Shown here: positions 19,512 to 30,295 of the stretch, piece after piece | Numbering within the stretch: the stretch's first letter is position 1 | How the letters are laid out: each line of letters opens with the position of its first letter | Source of the DNA: an uncultured Chlamydiae bacterium | GTDB lineage: Bacteria; Chlamydiota; Chlamydiia; Chlamydiales; JAJFMA01 | Reading direction: 5' to 3' | Assembly: GCA_963713615.1 (NCBI GenBank) | Contig: CAVQMM010000001.1 | Location: forward strand, 3,168,001 to 3,232,000 | Length of the DNA stretch: 64,000 nucleotides | Notes under the pieces: model-generated | Database searches by the model: none | What the model saw: the letters and a program-made list of their open reading frames with translations, nothing else | What the model was told of the DNA's origin: nothing | Position numbers and translations under genes: made by a program

Positions 19512-20204
19512 ATGCGTAATGTATTGGCATATTCGCTGTTAGCCATCATGGTCTCTTCGTCACTTGTTGCTGCGCCATCTCGCAATAGGAATTATCAGCA
19601 GCCAAGTTCCGGTCAGGAGCAGCCTAAAAACTCTCCTTTACGAGATTTTCTGTTGAACATTCGCCACCAGATGACGAACCAGGAAGAGGAAATACGAAAA
19701 CTTAGAGAGCGCCTTGACAACGATGCGAGGGCTGTTGATAGCGTTCGAGAAGATACCGAGAAGCTGCAAGATTTTACCCGAACAGCTTTAAGGGATCATA
19801 GTGAGACTTTGGATACCGCCACGGCCAATTTTAAAGCTAATCATGAGCATCTTCACCAAGATCTTCAGCAGTTGCAGCAGTACGCTAACAGCGTTAAAGA
19901 ACTCATGGAGCAGTATCATAGGCGCATTCAGTCATTGGAAGTTTCAGTAGATCGTCATACAGCTGGTTTGAAGTCTTTAGAAGCAGCCGTTCAATCGCTA
20001 ATAGAGGCCTTTCCCACTGCTGATAAGGCTACAGCGCAGGCAGACGATTCCGTCTATCGCATTGTGGATGGAGATACTTTGGAGAAGATCGCCAGGCGTA
20101 ACCACACCACCATTCGTCGGATTAAAGAGGTCAATGGGCTCACTTCTGATCGAATTATCGTAGGGCAAAAGCTTAAGATTCCCCCGTCAGAAAATGCCCC
20201 ATAG
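19512..20204 (+). CDS. Secreted coiled-coil LysM protein
   Basis: Signal peptide, coiled coil, C-terminal YRIVDGDTLEKIA...IIVGQKLKIP. Confidence 0.88.
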   Translation: MRNVLAYSLLAIMVSSSLVAAPSRNRNYQQPSSGQEQPKNSPLRDFLLNIRHQMTNQEEEIRKLRERLDNDARAVDSVREDTEKLQDFTRTALRDHSETLDTATANFKANHEHLHQDLQQLQQYANSVKELMEQYHRRIQSLEVSVDRHTAGLKSLEAAVQSLIEAFPTADKATAQADDSVYRIVDGDTLEKIARRNHTTIRRIKEVNGLTSDRIIVGQKLKIPPSENAP

Positions 20205-21006
20205 CTCAACCGGGAATAGCTACCAACCGATAGGAATCTTTGATTCGGGTGTTGGGGGACTCACGGTCATGCGTGAGGTGCGCGAAGCGTTACCCTTCGA
20301 GCAAATCACCTATTTAGGAGATACCGCTCGCCTCCCGTATGGTAATAAAAGTCGTGAAACCATTATTCGCTTTAGCTTGGAAAATGCGCGTTATCTCGTA
20401 GAACAAGGGATCAAAGCTCTTGTAGTCGCTTGTAATACCGCTACGGCTCATGCGTTGGAAACATTAGAGCAAACGCTGGCACTGCCGGTAGTTGGTGTGA
20501 TAGCCCCAGGCGTCCTCGCGGCAATAAATAGCAGCACAAGCAGCCACATCGCTGTTCTTGGTACCCGAGGGACAATTAATTCAGGAGCCTATCAAAGGGC
20601 CATTGCCAGTCTTATGCCACGCGCAGTGGTGTATCCTATTGCCTGTCCCCTCTTTGTTCACTTAGTCGAAGAAGATTTTCAACATCATCATGCTACCCGC
20701 CTGATCGCTCAGGATTACCTACGTGCACTCAGCAATACTCCGGTAGATACCATCATTCTCGGGTGTACGCATTATCCCCTTCTTCGCCATATCATTCAGG
20801 AAATATTAGGCAGTCATATCACTGTCGTGGATGCCGCTGTGGCATGCACCAAGGAACTAAAAACAGTTCTTGTAAAGCATAGCCTGTTGTGCTCCCAGCC
20901 TCAAGAACCACGGGCCAAATACTTTGTGTCTGATGATCCGGAAGGCTTCCGACGTATCGGCAGTAAAATCATCGCTGAAGTGATTACAGACGTCCATCTC
21001 TTCTAA
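20194..21006 (+). CDS. murI: Glutamate racemase
   Basis: FDSGVGGL, PYG, ACNTA, LGCTHY. Confidence 0.96.
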   Translation: MPHSSTGNSYQPIGIFDSGVGGLTVMREVREALPFEQITYLGDTARLPYGNKSRETIIRFSLENARYLVEQGIKALVVACNTATAHALETLEQTLALPVVGVIAPGVLAAINSSTSSHIAVLGTRGTINSGAYQRAIASLMPRAVVYPIACPLFVHLVEEDFQHHHATRLIAQDYLRALSNTPVDTIILGCTHYPLLRHIIQEILGSHITVVDAAVACTKELKTVLVKHSLLCSQPQEPRAKYFVSDDPEGFRRIGSKIIAEVITDVHLF

Positions 21007-21009
21007 AAT

Positions 21010-21216
21010 TTCGTGTCGCTTTTAGGAGTAACACGGATGCACACGGATTTAGAGGATTCAGGAGGATAGGATTTGGAAATGAAAATCCTACAATAGCTAT
21101 TCCATCCTAAAATTAATTTTTTTGTTTTTGGGATTGACGAGCCTTGGTCCCATCCTATCCTTCTAGATCCTCCTAAATCCGTGTGCATCCGTGTTTGCTC
21201 CTAAAAGCGAAACGAA
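21010..21216. repeat. Palindromic element family D
   Basis: GGAGTAACACGGATGCACACGGATTTAG arm and inverted arm between convergent genes. Confidence 0.85.
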
Positions 21217-21231
21217 CCGTGAACCGTATTG

Positions 21232-21768
21232 CTAACGTCGGAAGCGCCGGATGGTGAAGATAAACACGCTCACAGCCCCCAGAAGCCCTATTAACAGGAG
21301 CCAGGGGAGAGAATGGAGCGAGTTCTGAGGTGTCACAGTTACATTCCTGAGCTGAAAGAGGCCAGTTAAGGCTTTTTGGTTGTCGAATGTAGGTTCAATG
21401 ACGAAGGTGCCGTTGAGAGCGATCACCCGATCTGGTGATGACTCTAAAGAATTGCCATGCACAGAGACTTGTGTCACCACCTTGGCAGCGTGGCCCACAC
21501 AGCATGTCTTTAGATTTGGGGAGCTGGCGAGAATCCACCGTCCATCCTCACTTTGGTATAAGAAGCCACGGATGGTAACCGTTTGGTTATTCCATTTGGA
21601 ATACTTTGAGTGTAAACTTGCTATACCTTCTTGGCTTAGAACACAGGCCTCAGCATCTCGGCATAGCTCTACCAAAGAGATGAGAGGCGTCGCTTCTGCA
21701 GAAAATCCTTCACAGTGGCCTGCACAAAATAGGCATAGCAAAAGGAAGCGTATCAATATGAGAGTCAT
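21232..21768 (-). CDS. Hypothetical exported/membrane protein (DUF3299-like)
   Basis: Signal-like N-terminus, VTIRGFL...TCCVG, C-terminal TM segment. Confidence 0.6.
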   Translation of the reverse strand: MTLILIRFLLLCLFCAGHCEGFSAEATPLISLVELCRDAEACVLSQEGIASLHSKYSKWNNQTVTIRGFLYQSEDGRWILASSPNLKTCCVGHAAKVVTQVSVHGNSLESSPDRVIALNGTFVIEPTFDNQKALTGLFQLRNVTVTPQNSLHSLPWLLLIGLLGAVSVFIFTIRRFRR

Positions 21769-21906
21769 AACATTGGCCCTTTTTCGATGGTCAAATCTCG
21801 GGGCTTTCTCAAAACCAAACCTCAATGCGCGGGTATAGTTGGGTCTTGCAAATTAGCACAGTTGTCGTTTATCCTCTATCATTAACCAAAACGCAAAGGA
21901 TTAGCA

Positions 21907-23091
21907 ATGGCACACTACCTTTTTACATCGGAATCCGTTTCCAATGGCCATCCTGACAAGATTGCCGATCAGATTTCGGATGCTATTTTGGACGCTTGTT
22001 TGGCTCAGGATCCCCAATCTCGGGTCGCTTGTGAGACACTTGTTAGTTCTGGTTTAGTTGTAGTGGCTGGTGAAATCACCACGAATGCTAGTTTTGAAAT
22101 GCGCGACGTTATTCGCAAAACCATCGAAGAAATTGGCTATACCGATTGTCGTCTTGGATTCGATGCCCGTTCCTGTGGCATTATGTCAAGCATCAATAAA
22201 CAGTCGCCGGATATTGCTCAGGGTGTCAACGAAGGCCAGGGACTGTTTCAGGAGCAAGGTGCTGGGGACCAAGGTTTGATGTTTGGCTTTGCTTGTAATG
22301 ACACCGCTGAGCTAATGCCTCTTCCCATCATGCTTGCGCACCGCCTACTTTCAGAGGTCACACGACAACGTAATGAGGGCGAACTTCCTTACTTGCGTCC
22401 TGATGGTAAAAGTCAGGTGACCGTCGAGTATGATGCAGATCACAACCCTGTGCGTGTTCATACTGTCGTGCTATCGACAATGCATGCCCCTGAAGTGACT
22501 CATGAACGTGTCACTGCTGATATAAAAAAGATTATCCAGTCTGTCATTCCACATAAATTGCTGGATAGCAACACAATCTATTATATCAATCCGACTGGCC
22601 GCTTTGTAGTGGGTGGGCCAGAAGGGGATTGTGGTGTCACAGGACGTAAACTCATGGTGGACACCTATGGTGGCATGGGGCGTCATGGTGGTGGAGCCTT
22701 TTCCGGCAAGGACCCTTCCAAAGTCGACCGATCCGCTTCCTATGCCGCTCGCTATGTTGCTAAAAATATCGTTGCTGCACAGCTAGCACGTCGTTGCGAG
22801 GTACAGGTTTCCTATGCTATTGGTGTCGCACACCCCGTTTCTGTAAAGATTGATACCTTTGGTACAGGAACGGTTAGCGAAGAGCTTCTAAGCCGTGCCG
22901 TTCCCCTAGTTTTTGATCTCACACCCAAAGGCATCATCGAGATGCTAGACCTGCGTCGTCCTATTTACCGGTCAACAGCTTCAGGCGGTCATTTTGGACG
23001 TCAAGAGCCTGATTTTACCTGGGAGAAGACCGACCGAGTCCAGTCTCTATTGCAGGCAGTCAAGCAGGAATCGTTTACTCTTAGTCCTTAA
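21907..23091 (+). CDS. metK: S-adenosylmethionine synthetase
   Basis: [28 protein letters not shown]. Confidence 0.98.
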   Translation: MAHYLFTSESVSNGHPDKIADQISDAILDACLAQDPQSRVACETLVSSGLVVVAGEITTNASFEMRDVIRKTIEEIGYTDCRLGFDARSCGIMSSINKQSPDIAQGVNEGQGLFQEQGAGDQGLMFGFACNDTAELMPLPIMLAHRLLSEVTRQRNEGELPYLRPDGKSQVTVEYDADHNPVRVHTVVLSTMHAPEVTHERVTADIKKIIQSVIPHKLLDSNTIYYINPTGRFVVGGPEGDCGVTGRKLMVDTYGGMGRHGGGAFSGKDPSKVDRSASYAARYVAKNIVAAQLARRCEVQVSYAIGVAHPVSVKIDTFGTGTVSEELLSRAVPLVFDLTPKGIIEMLDLRRPIYRSTASGGHFGRQEPDFTWEKTDRVQSLLQAVKQESFTLSP

Positions 23092-23097
23092 GGCTTC

Positions 23098-23470
23098 TCA
23101 CAATCGTGTCTTGGCGCGTAGCGCTTTAGAGTGCGGTCGCAAGCGACCGCACTCCAAAGCCATAGGCATCAACTTAAGCAACTAACTTCGTAAATAGGCG
23201 CTCAGCGCTTTGGAGCCCTTTGGAGTGCGCGTCGCTCGCGACCGCTTTGGATTTGGGCGAAGTTGGCATTGCAAGAAACGTAACCCTTCTCTCTAGGGGT
23301 AACTGTGAGGGGGCAGCCTCCAAAGAACGGTGCGCGATTCAATAGGCTCACCCAAATCCAAAGCGGTCGCGAGCGACACGCACTCCAAAGCGCTGCGCGC
23401 CTATTTACGAAGTTAGTTGCTTAAGTTGATGCCTATGACTCCAAAGCGCTGCGCGCCGAGCAACGATTGT
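23098..23470. repeat. Family A palindrome containing a nested MITE
   Basis: Outer TCACAATCGT...ACGATTGT arms. Confidence 0.85.
23161..23437. mobile_element. MITE with about 41-bp TIRs (CATAGGCATCAACTTAAGCAACTAAC...) and a 10-bp TSD
   Basis: ACTCCAAAGC at 23151-23160 and 23438-23447; interior is a family A core. Confidence 0.85.
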
Positions 23471-23514
23471 ATGAGGCGATACCTTGGTCTGTTGCACCTT
23501 TCTGGCTATTGAAG

Positions 23515-24219
23515 CTATTCTTCTTCTTCCAAAAAGCGATAGCCTACGCCACGAACGGTTTGAATCCAGTTGAAGTTTGGTCCCATCTTCTTACGCAATG
23601 ACGCAATGTGAACGTCGATGTTGCGGTCAACGATAAAGGCATCGTCGTTTTGTACTTCGTCCAACAGCTGATTGCGTGTTAACACTTTTCCACGACTCAT
23701 GACCAAGCGACGCAGAATACCAAACTCCGACAATGTGAGGGCAATGGCTTTATCTTTTTTCTTTAATTGATAGCGATCTAATTCCAGCACAAAATCGCCA
23801 AAGGTCATTATCTTGGGCGCTTTCTCGGGCTCTTTGCCTCTTCGCAACACAGCTTTGACCCTAGAAAAAAGCACCTTAGGAGAGAAGGGCTTTGCTACAT
23901 AGTCATCAGCTCCCAATTCTAATCCGAGGATGACGTCAATTTCCTCGCTTTTTGCTGAGATCATGATCACAGGAATGTCCTTCAGATCAGGATTTCCCTT
24001 GAGCTTACGACATACATCCAAGCCGCTTTGACCAGGTAACATGATGTCTAATAAGACGATATCTGGTTTCTCGCGCTCGACCGCACGAAGACCATTAAGC
24101 CCATCCACCTCGTGGAAGATTTTGTAGCCAGACATCTCAGCCTGAAGCTTAATTAAAGCAGCAATATCTTCTTCATCTTCTATGAGCACGATGCGAATTT
24201 TGGTCATAAGTTTCTCCAT
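23515..24219 (-). CDS. OmpR/PhoB-family response regulator (no adjacent kinase)
   Basis: IEDE, LLDIMLP, GADDYVAKPF, IDVHIASLRKK, TVRGVGY; start codon uncertain. Confidence 0.92.
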   Translation of the reverse strand: MEKLMTKIRIVLIEDEEDIAALIKLQAEMSGYKIFHEVDGLNGLRAVEREKPDIVLLDIMLPGQSGLDVCRKLKGNPDLKDIPVIMISAKSEEIDVILGLELGADDYVAKPFSPKVLFSRVKAVLRRGKEPEKAPKIMTFGDFVLELDRYQLKKKDKAIALTLSEFGILRRLVMSRGKVLTRNQLLDEVQNDDAFIVDRNIDVHIASLRKKMGPNFNWIQTVRGVGYRFLEEEE

Positions 24220-24418
24220 AGGTCTGGTTGACCGTTGATTATTGAACAAGCAACGTCAATAAGGCAAGTTGCTTTTCATTTTTTGGATCAGAAATGCCAT
24301 TTCAAACAAGTGCATTTATTGTTTAGTATGGAATTGTAACATTTATCCAATTTCATGAAACTAAAAATAATTCGTAGTAGAGATAGATTGTGAGAGAGTA
24401 GGAAAGAGGATAGGAGAA

Positions 24419-24736
24419 TTAGGATTTTACCGCCGAGGCGCAGAGAAGCCGAGATAGGAGAGGGGGGAATAGGAAAATGGCCCTATAGGGAGGGGCTGAA
24501 TGAATCATTACAAAGGATTCCCCTTTGAATGATTCATTCAGCCCCTCCGTATAGGGCCCGTTCCTCGTTTTGGACTAAATGAGGCTTTGGTTACGTACAA
24601 GAGCTTCTGGACAAGATTCTGTGTAAATTTACTGGAACCATTTCCTTTCAAGAGTTTACACAGAATCTTGTCCAGAAGCTCTTGTGTCCCCTCTCTCCTA
24701 TCTCGGCGTCTCTGCGCCTCGGCGGTAAAATCCTAA
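24419..24736. repeat. Palindromic family C element enclosing two further hairpins (24480-24557, 24597-24685)
   Basis: TTAGGATTTTACCGCCGAGGCGCAGAGA...GAGATAGGAGAG arms. Confidence 0.85.
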
Positions 24737-24819
24737 CCCTATCCTCCTCCCCTCGCTCTCTCTCTAGCCAAAAAAGAGTATACGCTATATGTTTGGATCT
24801 TTAGAAAGAATAGGTAATT

Positions 24820-25167
24820 ATGTTAAAGAAGTTTAAGGACACCAGTGGGTCTACCCACTTTCGTCCAGGGTCAGCAGTGTATGTCGTGATGCGTGATGGT
24901 ACGGTCATCGAAGGCCACTGCATTGGTAGTTGTTTAGGAGAGCTAGTATCTCTCGATCGCTCCCCTCTGGATGGAACTGAAAAACAAGGGTTTACTATTC
25001 AGAATAACCATCTGATGCCCAACTGGTGTGAAGGGAAAAGGCAGATTTTGGCGGTGTGCATGAGTCGGGAGGAGGCGGAGGACATGGCGAGCCCTGTACG
25101 TCAGCGTCTAGCGGCTCTTGGCGTGCCCCGGCAAGCAAAACCGCGTCGAAGCTGCGGAGAACAATAA
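24820..25167 (+). CDS. Hypothetical protein
   Basis: 115-aa ORF with ATG and upstream AGGT, co-oriented with the TPR gene. Confidence 0.6.
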   Translation: MLKKFKDTSGSTHFRPGSAVYVVMRDGTVIEGHCIGSCLGELVSLDRSPLDGTEKQGFTIQNNHLMPNWCEGKRQILAVCMSREEAEDMASPVRQRLAALGVPRQAKPRRSCGEQ

Positions 25168-25197
25168 GTCCATCGGCTAGTAAAGGCGGGTACTCTC

Positions 25198-28100
25198 ATG
25201 GCCTATGTTAAGACGGCAATTGGCACCATCTTCATTCTTCTTGCGCTGCTCGTCGGCTATATGTTCATCGCCTTCGATTCAGACTATGAGCTGCATTTGG
25301 CCTATGAATCCTTCTTGAAAGGAGACTACGAGCATTCGCAAAACGAGCTGGCGAAGCTAAAAGGTAGCATTCCATCGGATCAAGTCGATCTCTATAGTGC
25401 TTATGTTGCCCGTGCTCTCAAGGATTTGGATCAGTCTCAAAAGCTTCTTGGGGAGGCTGTTACCAGTGAAGATCATTCAAAATCATCGATACTATTGGAA
25501 ATCCGCCTTAATCAAGCCTTTAATGCATACCTGCAGCATGATGTCACGGCCCTTAAGCAGGCTGTCGATGCCGCGGCTGAGATAGCTCCCAACCAACCCT
25601 GGGTGGTTTTCTTTCAGGCTCTGGAGTCTTTTGAAAATGATGATTATGCAAAAGCTCTGGAACTGTGGTCAGTTCGCTCTGACCGTATGCCGCTGTCTGG
25701 TTGGATGAAAAAGGCCTTCGAAGAGGTGTTTTCAAGGCGTTGGATGGTTCTAACGTTGTCGCGTTGTCAGATCGAGGTGGGTAAGTACCTGATGGCACGC
25801 CAGACCCTTGAGGAAGAGCTCGATGGGGCTTCGCAGAGCGAGCTTCTGGACCTCAACTTCCTTCTTGGCCTAAGCTATGCTAAGGAAGCACAGGAAAAGA
25901 CTCCTAATGGTGCTGCGCCCTACTGGAAGCTAGCTTTTTCCTATCTTAATAAGGTTCCCTTACAAAACGATCTTTATGCAGCAGATCGTCAAAAACTGAT
26001 TGCGGCTGTTGAAAAGCAGGTGAATCAGTTACTGGAAAGTAAATCTTATTCAGATCTTCCTTTCTATGCCTCTACTCTCCAGGCTTGGGGTGCCGATGCT
26101 GCTCTCAACGACCTGGCTTCTACAGTCATAGCCCATCTCAACCAAGCTGTGGGCGATGGTCAGTGGCGCCGCGTTGAAGAGCTTGCTGCTATCGTCAATA
26201 GGATGATACCGGATGGAGCTACTCGACAATCACTACAAAGGCGGTTTCAAGCGCTTGCTGAGACGGCTTTGGCTAATGCTAACCTCGAGCAGCTTGCCGA
26301 GTACTGGAGTGTAGCGCACTTGCTAAGCAATCATCCCGACAAGCTAAGCACCGAATTTGGTGCCAAGCTGTCGTCCAAAGTGGCCACTCTAATTCCTGCT
26401 GATGATCCTGGACTTTCCCATACGATCCCCTTTGTTCGTTTTTGGGCTAATATGGTCAATCAGCCAGATGCTCATCTGGCCTTAGCAAAAACATTGGTTT
26501 CCGCAGCAGAGGATACTTGGATAGCTCCTGGGGGAGAACGTAAAGCAGAACAACTTATCGAAATCGCACAATCACTAACCTCCAAAGACAACCAACCTGC
26601 TATTGACGATGCAATCGACCAGATGATTGCTAGAGTGTATGAAGAAGTTAACAAGCGCGACGACATCGAGAAACTCCCCGCCATTCTTGACGTAGCTGAG
26701 CGTTTTCATGTTTCACAAATCGATATCAAGAGTCCTCTCCAGATTAAAAGGCATGCCACAATGGCACAGGACCTCCTGCGGCAAAGACGCTATGAGGAGG
26801 CCTTGCAACGTGCTAAGTGGGTTCTGAAACTCGATCCTAATAATCAGATAGCGCGTTTCATCGTCGGTATTATCATGTATGATCAAGCCGATTATCTTCA
26901 GGCTAAGGAGTATCTCTCTAGCTTGACGAATCCCTCAGCCTCAGCTCGGGAGGCCTTAGCGATCAGTCAGATACTTTCTGGTGATGAAGAGGAAGGGATG
27001 TCGAGCTTGAATCAGTTTCGCGCTAAAAAGGCTCTTCAGGATGATACTTTATTGCGTTTGGGACTTGGACTTCTTGAACGTGGACAAGCCGCTGAAGGGC
27101 TGGATTGGCTCCAGCAAGTTAAGCAACCGTCCCAAGAAGCGATTATCGGGCAGGCCTATGCGCTGTTTTTGGAAAAGCAATATGACAAGGTACGGCCTCT
27201 GCTAAAGCGTTTGAATACCCCATATAGTGTTCTCGATGGTGTTCAAGGCCTGGCTATCCAAACAGATGTCATGCAAGGACATACAGAGGCAGCTGAAAAA
27301 GCCCTGATCCAGCTTTTGCGTCAGCCAGAACAACCAGCTGTTTCGGGTGTTTCAGCTGCTTTTCAGCAATTTGAGCAGCATAAGATGGCCGAATTTAGTA
27401 GACATTTCCTAGCAGGTCTATTTTTCCGAGACGTCAAAAGCAAAAATGATATCGCTATTAAGTACTTCAGGCTTGTCAAGCACCCGACTCCTGCAATGCT
27501 TCTTGTTAGAGCACAGACGCTGCTTGACCTCGGTATCTATGCCGAAGCTATGGAGGATCTCAATACCATCGCCAACCAGACGGCAGATCCAGATACTGCT
27601 AAGCAAGCTTTGCCATTTCTAGCCATTGCGCTCGATCACAATCAATTGCGCCTGGAAGCGCTCGTTCTTTTTCAACGTTATTTTGAGCTTGAGCCAAAAA
27701 CGACGGACTATCGCCTCGACTACGCACATTTACTGGAGAGGCTGCGCCGTTATGACCTCGCCCTCACACAGTTTGGCATGGCAGGAGGTCTCGACAAGCT
27801 TCCTCCCGAAGATGTTGTTGCCTATGCAAGATGCCTATTCCACCTAGGTCATAACAATGAGGCAGCCAAGATCGGAGATGAGTTTTTGGCACGCCAGCCT
27901 CCGGCACCTTTGGAGTGGCAGATTGGGATGATGCGAGTACTAGGGTATGTAGATCATTTAGAGACCACATGGCCTATTTTGCGGGCTCTCCCACCATCTG
28001 CCAAACTTTCGAATAGTGAAACCCTTCAGCTGGCCGAGTTTTTATTAGAAATAGGAGCCTATACGCAGGTTATCGCCTTAGCCACAGAAAAGCAGGTTGA

Positions 28101-29274
28101 ATGGCGAAAGACAGTGGATGGCCTTTTGATCCTTGCTAAGCTAAGTGACAGACTCGCGCAATTTGAAGATGCTCTGGTATTCTTGCGTTTGGCTTATGAG
28201 AAAGAACCTGCTAATCTCGATATAGCCGCCGCTATAGGTCGATATGCCTATAACGTAAAGGTGCTGGAGAACTCCATCGCAGGTCTAGAGAGTAGGGTTC
28301 AAAGGCAGCCAGAAAGCCCCTCTGTGCGTCTGGCCTATGCTCATCAGGTTGCTAAACTGGGTAACCTCGCCACTCGCGATGCAAAACGCGGCAGCTCAAT
28401 TTATACCAGTGAGTATCAGAAGGCCGCTTTTCTGACAGGAAAACTGTCTAAGAACTTTGATGAAATCCCGCAAGTCCATTGCGTATTCGGTGAGTTATTA
28501 GGCTTTCTTAATAAGCCTAAAGAAGCTGTGGCGGCCTTACGGACAGCGATAGAACTCGATCCCTCCTATGCCGAAGCTGCTGTTCAATTAGCAGATCAGT
28601 ATGTGCTGCAAAACGATGCTAACAGTGCCATTCGTGCGCTCTTCATCGCAGCCCAGTACGAAGCTGATAATCCAGCCATTTGGCTGCAGCTTGCAAACCT
28701 GTACAGTGCTCAAGGTAATCTCTTTGAGGCTTCTCACTTCTATCAAAATGCCATCAAATATAGCCCCAATAGCATAGACCTCTATGTCATTCTGGGAAAA
28801 GTCTTCTTGGATGTTCGCAATCCTGAAGATGCTAAAGTTCTCTTAGAACATGCCCTCACCATTGATCCTAAAAACGTGGCTGTGCTCAGTCTCTTGTTAG
28901 AATGTCTTCATGATCCCCTTCTAAAGGCATCTACAGATGACCTAAAGACTTTAGCTGCTGAGCAAACTCAGGCATATAATCAGCTACGCGCCATTGATCC
29001 CAAGTTTGCCGAAAAATTGATTAGCGCAATCGATCAACGCGACAGTCATGATAGTGAAGATCTACCTATCCTGGACGATACCCAACCAGCCAACAAGTCG
29101 CATGGCAAGCATGGGCGCAAGGGCAGTGAAGAAGACATCTTACCCTCCGATGATAAACAAGGGGTTTCTCCGCCAGATGACTTTGATCGCCAAGCTCGCC
29201 AGTCCATTCCGGAGGATGAGGAAAATTTTGATAACTCTCCCACAAAAGGTAAAGCTTCCACGCTACCAAAATAG
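25198..29274 (+). CDS. Large membrane-anchored TPR-repeat protein
   Basis: N-terminal TM segment; many TPR-like units (LKLDPNN, IELDPSY, LTIDPKN); acidic tail. Confidence 0.85.
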   Translation: MAYVKTAIGTIFILLALLVGYMFIAFDSDYELHLAYESFLKGDYEHSQNELAKLKGSIPSDQVDLYSAYVARALKDLDQSQKLLGEAVTSEDHSKSSILLEIRLNQAFNAYLQHDVTALKQAVDAAAEIAPNQPWVVFFQALESFENDDYAKALELWSVRSDRMPLSGWMKKAFEEVFSRRWMVLTLSRCQIEVGKYLMARQTLEEELDGASQSELLDLNFLLGLSYAKEAQEKTPNGAAPYWKLAFSYLNKVPLQNDLYAADRQKLIAAVEKQVNQLLESKSYSDLPFYASTLQAWGADAALNDLASTVIAHLNQAVGDGQWRRVEELAAIVNRMIPDGATRQSLQRRFQALAETALANANLEQLAEYWSVAHLLSNHPDKLSTEFGAKLSSKVATLIPADDPGLSHTIPFVRFWANMVNQPDAHLALAKTLVSAAEDTWIAPGGERKAEQLIEIAQSLTSKDNQPAIDDAIDQMIARVYEEVNKRDDIEKLPAILDVAERFHVSQIDIKSPLQIKRHATMAQDLLRQRRYEEALQRAKWVLKLDPNNQIARFIVGIIMYDQADYLQAKEYLSSLTNPSASAREALAISQILSGDEEEGMSSLNQFRAKKALQDDTLLRLGLGLLERGQAAEGLDWLQQVKQPSQEAIIGQAYALFLEKQYDKVRPLLKRLNTPYSVLDGVQGLAIQTDVMQGHTEAAEKALIQLLRQPEQPAVSGVSAAFQQFEQHKMAEFSRHFLAGLFFRDVKSKNDIAIKYFRLVKHPTPAMLLVRAQTLLDLGIYAEAMEDLNTIANQTADPDTAKQALPFLAIALDHNQLRLEALVLFQRYFELEPKTTDYRLDYAHLLERLRRYDLALTQFGMAGGLDKLPPEDVVAYARCLFHLGHNNEAAKIGDEFLARQPPAPLEWQIGMMRVLGYVDHLETTWPILRALPPSAKLSNSETLQLAEFLLEIGAYTQVIALATEKQVEWRKTVDGLLILAKLSDRLAQFEDALVFLRLAYEKEPANLDIAAAIGRYAYNVKVLENSIAGLESRVQRQPESPSVRLAYAHQVAKLGNLATRDAKRGSSIYTSEYQKAAFLTGKLSKNFDEIPQVHCVFGELLGFLNKPKEAVAALRTAIELDPSYAEAAVQLADQYVLQNDANSAIRALFIAAQYEADNPAIWLQLANLYSAQGNLFEASHFYQNAIKYSPNSIDLYVILGKVFLDVRNPEDAKVLLEHALTIDPKNVAVLSLLLECLHDPLLKASTDDLKTLAAEQTQAYNQLRAIDPKFAEKLISAIDQRDSHDSEDLPILDDTQPANKSHGKHGRKGSEEDILPSDDKQGVSPPDDFDRQARQSIPEDEENFDNSPTKGKASTLPK

Positions 29275-29303
29275 TGGCCTTTTGGATTCGTCCATGGGGC
29301 GAG

Positions 29304-29388
29304 GGGTTTCAGCCCCCGTAGCAGCAACTTTGCTCCGTAGCATCATTCGGGAGCCTAGCTGCAATACCTTGCTATCTGCATACATCCC
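29304..29388 (-). repeat. 85-bp duplicated fragment of the Rhs pre-toxin region
   Basis: 79/85 identical to 31180-31264 by manual alignment. Confidence 0.9.
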
Positions 29389-29500
29389 CCTCCCTCTGAC
29401 TTTGATTTACGTCTATCCCTTCGCTAGCCGTTTGTAGAATTTTGGGTCATCCGGTTTTGTAGGACTTGACTACAAAGGCAGAAGTTAGCAGGGAGAGGAT

Positions 29501-29645
29501 TTAGGATTTTACCACAGAGAGCGCCGAGACGCAGAGATCGGAGAGGGAGGAAAGAAGAGATCGTTTTTTTGATCTTAATAGGTCATGTTCCTCCCTTCTT
29601 CTATCTCCGATCTCTGCGTCTCGGTGCTCTCTGCGGTAAATCCTA
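29501..29645. repeat. Palindromic family C element
   Basis: TAGGATTTTACCACAGAGAGCGCCGAGACGCAGAGATCGGAGA arm and inverted arm. Confidence 0.85.
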
Positions 29646-29660
29646 TTTCTTTCCTCTCAC

Positions 29661-30034
29661 CTAAGGCCTACAAAACCGTCTGCTGTTAACATGATCGAAT
29701 GGTGCTTCACCATTCAAAATAAAATAGATATAATTCTCCCAGAAAAACAATTCCATAGAACTTGGGTATATTTCTTTTGAAGAATCTATTAATTTTTTCA
29801 ATTTTAAGTTACATCTGTTGACAAAGTCAAGGTCTAAACCATATTCCGCCATCTCTCCTGGATCATTAATTACAAAATATATCAACATTAAATTTATCAA
29901 TAAATTTATGTTCGGTTTGTTGTCTTTTTCAACTATAAATTCATACAAATTTACTGCCTGCTTGATTTTTTTTCTTGTTCGGATTTTAAAGCTTGCGCTT
30001 CAATGTCATTTTTTGGCACGATTGAATTTTCCAT
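29661..30034 (-). pseudogene. Orphan immunity-like gene, frameshifted at an A8 run (29966-29973)
   Basis: ATG at 30034 (MENSIVPK...) joins ORF 29661-29948 if the run is A9; AT-rich; follows a toxin tip. Confidence 0.6.
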
Positions 30035-30035
30035 T

Positions 30036-30135
30036 TCAGGGTGAATACAAAGTTTCAATATTTATCCCAGCATTTTGTATTTCGCCATTTCTAACATGTA
30101 CCCAGATTTCTCTACCATTCCGAGATGTCTTAGAA
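30036..30135 (-). pseudogene. Truncated orphan toxin C-terminal tip
   Basis: Reads SKTSRNGREIWVHVRNGEIQNAGINIETLYSP*; 5' part cut off by a MITE. Confidence 0.5.
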
Positions 30136-30295
30136 GGCCTTGTTCGACTTTTCGCACAGTTTTCGGTCGGCTGCGAGGCGCCCATCTGCAGCATTCGCCT
30201 CCTCGGCAATAGCTAGCGCTATTCCCTCGTCATCGACTGCTGCATCTGGGACCTCTCGCCTGACCGAAATTCTGCCCGGAAAGCCGAACAAGGCC
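30136..30295. mobile_element. 160-bp MITE (GGCCTTGTTCG termini), no TSD
   Basis: Near-identical to 43358-43517 and 61908-62067. Confidence 0.9.

Noticed and set aside
29304..29388. 85-bp Rhs duplicate as a DGR template repeat
   Set aside because: The six mismatches are not adenine-specific on either strand, and no reverse transcriptase is present.
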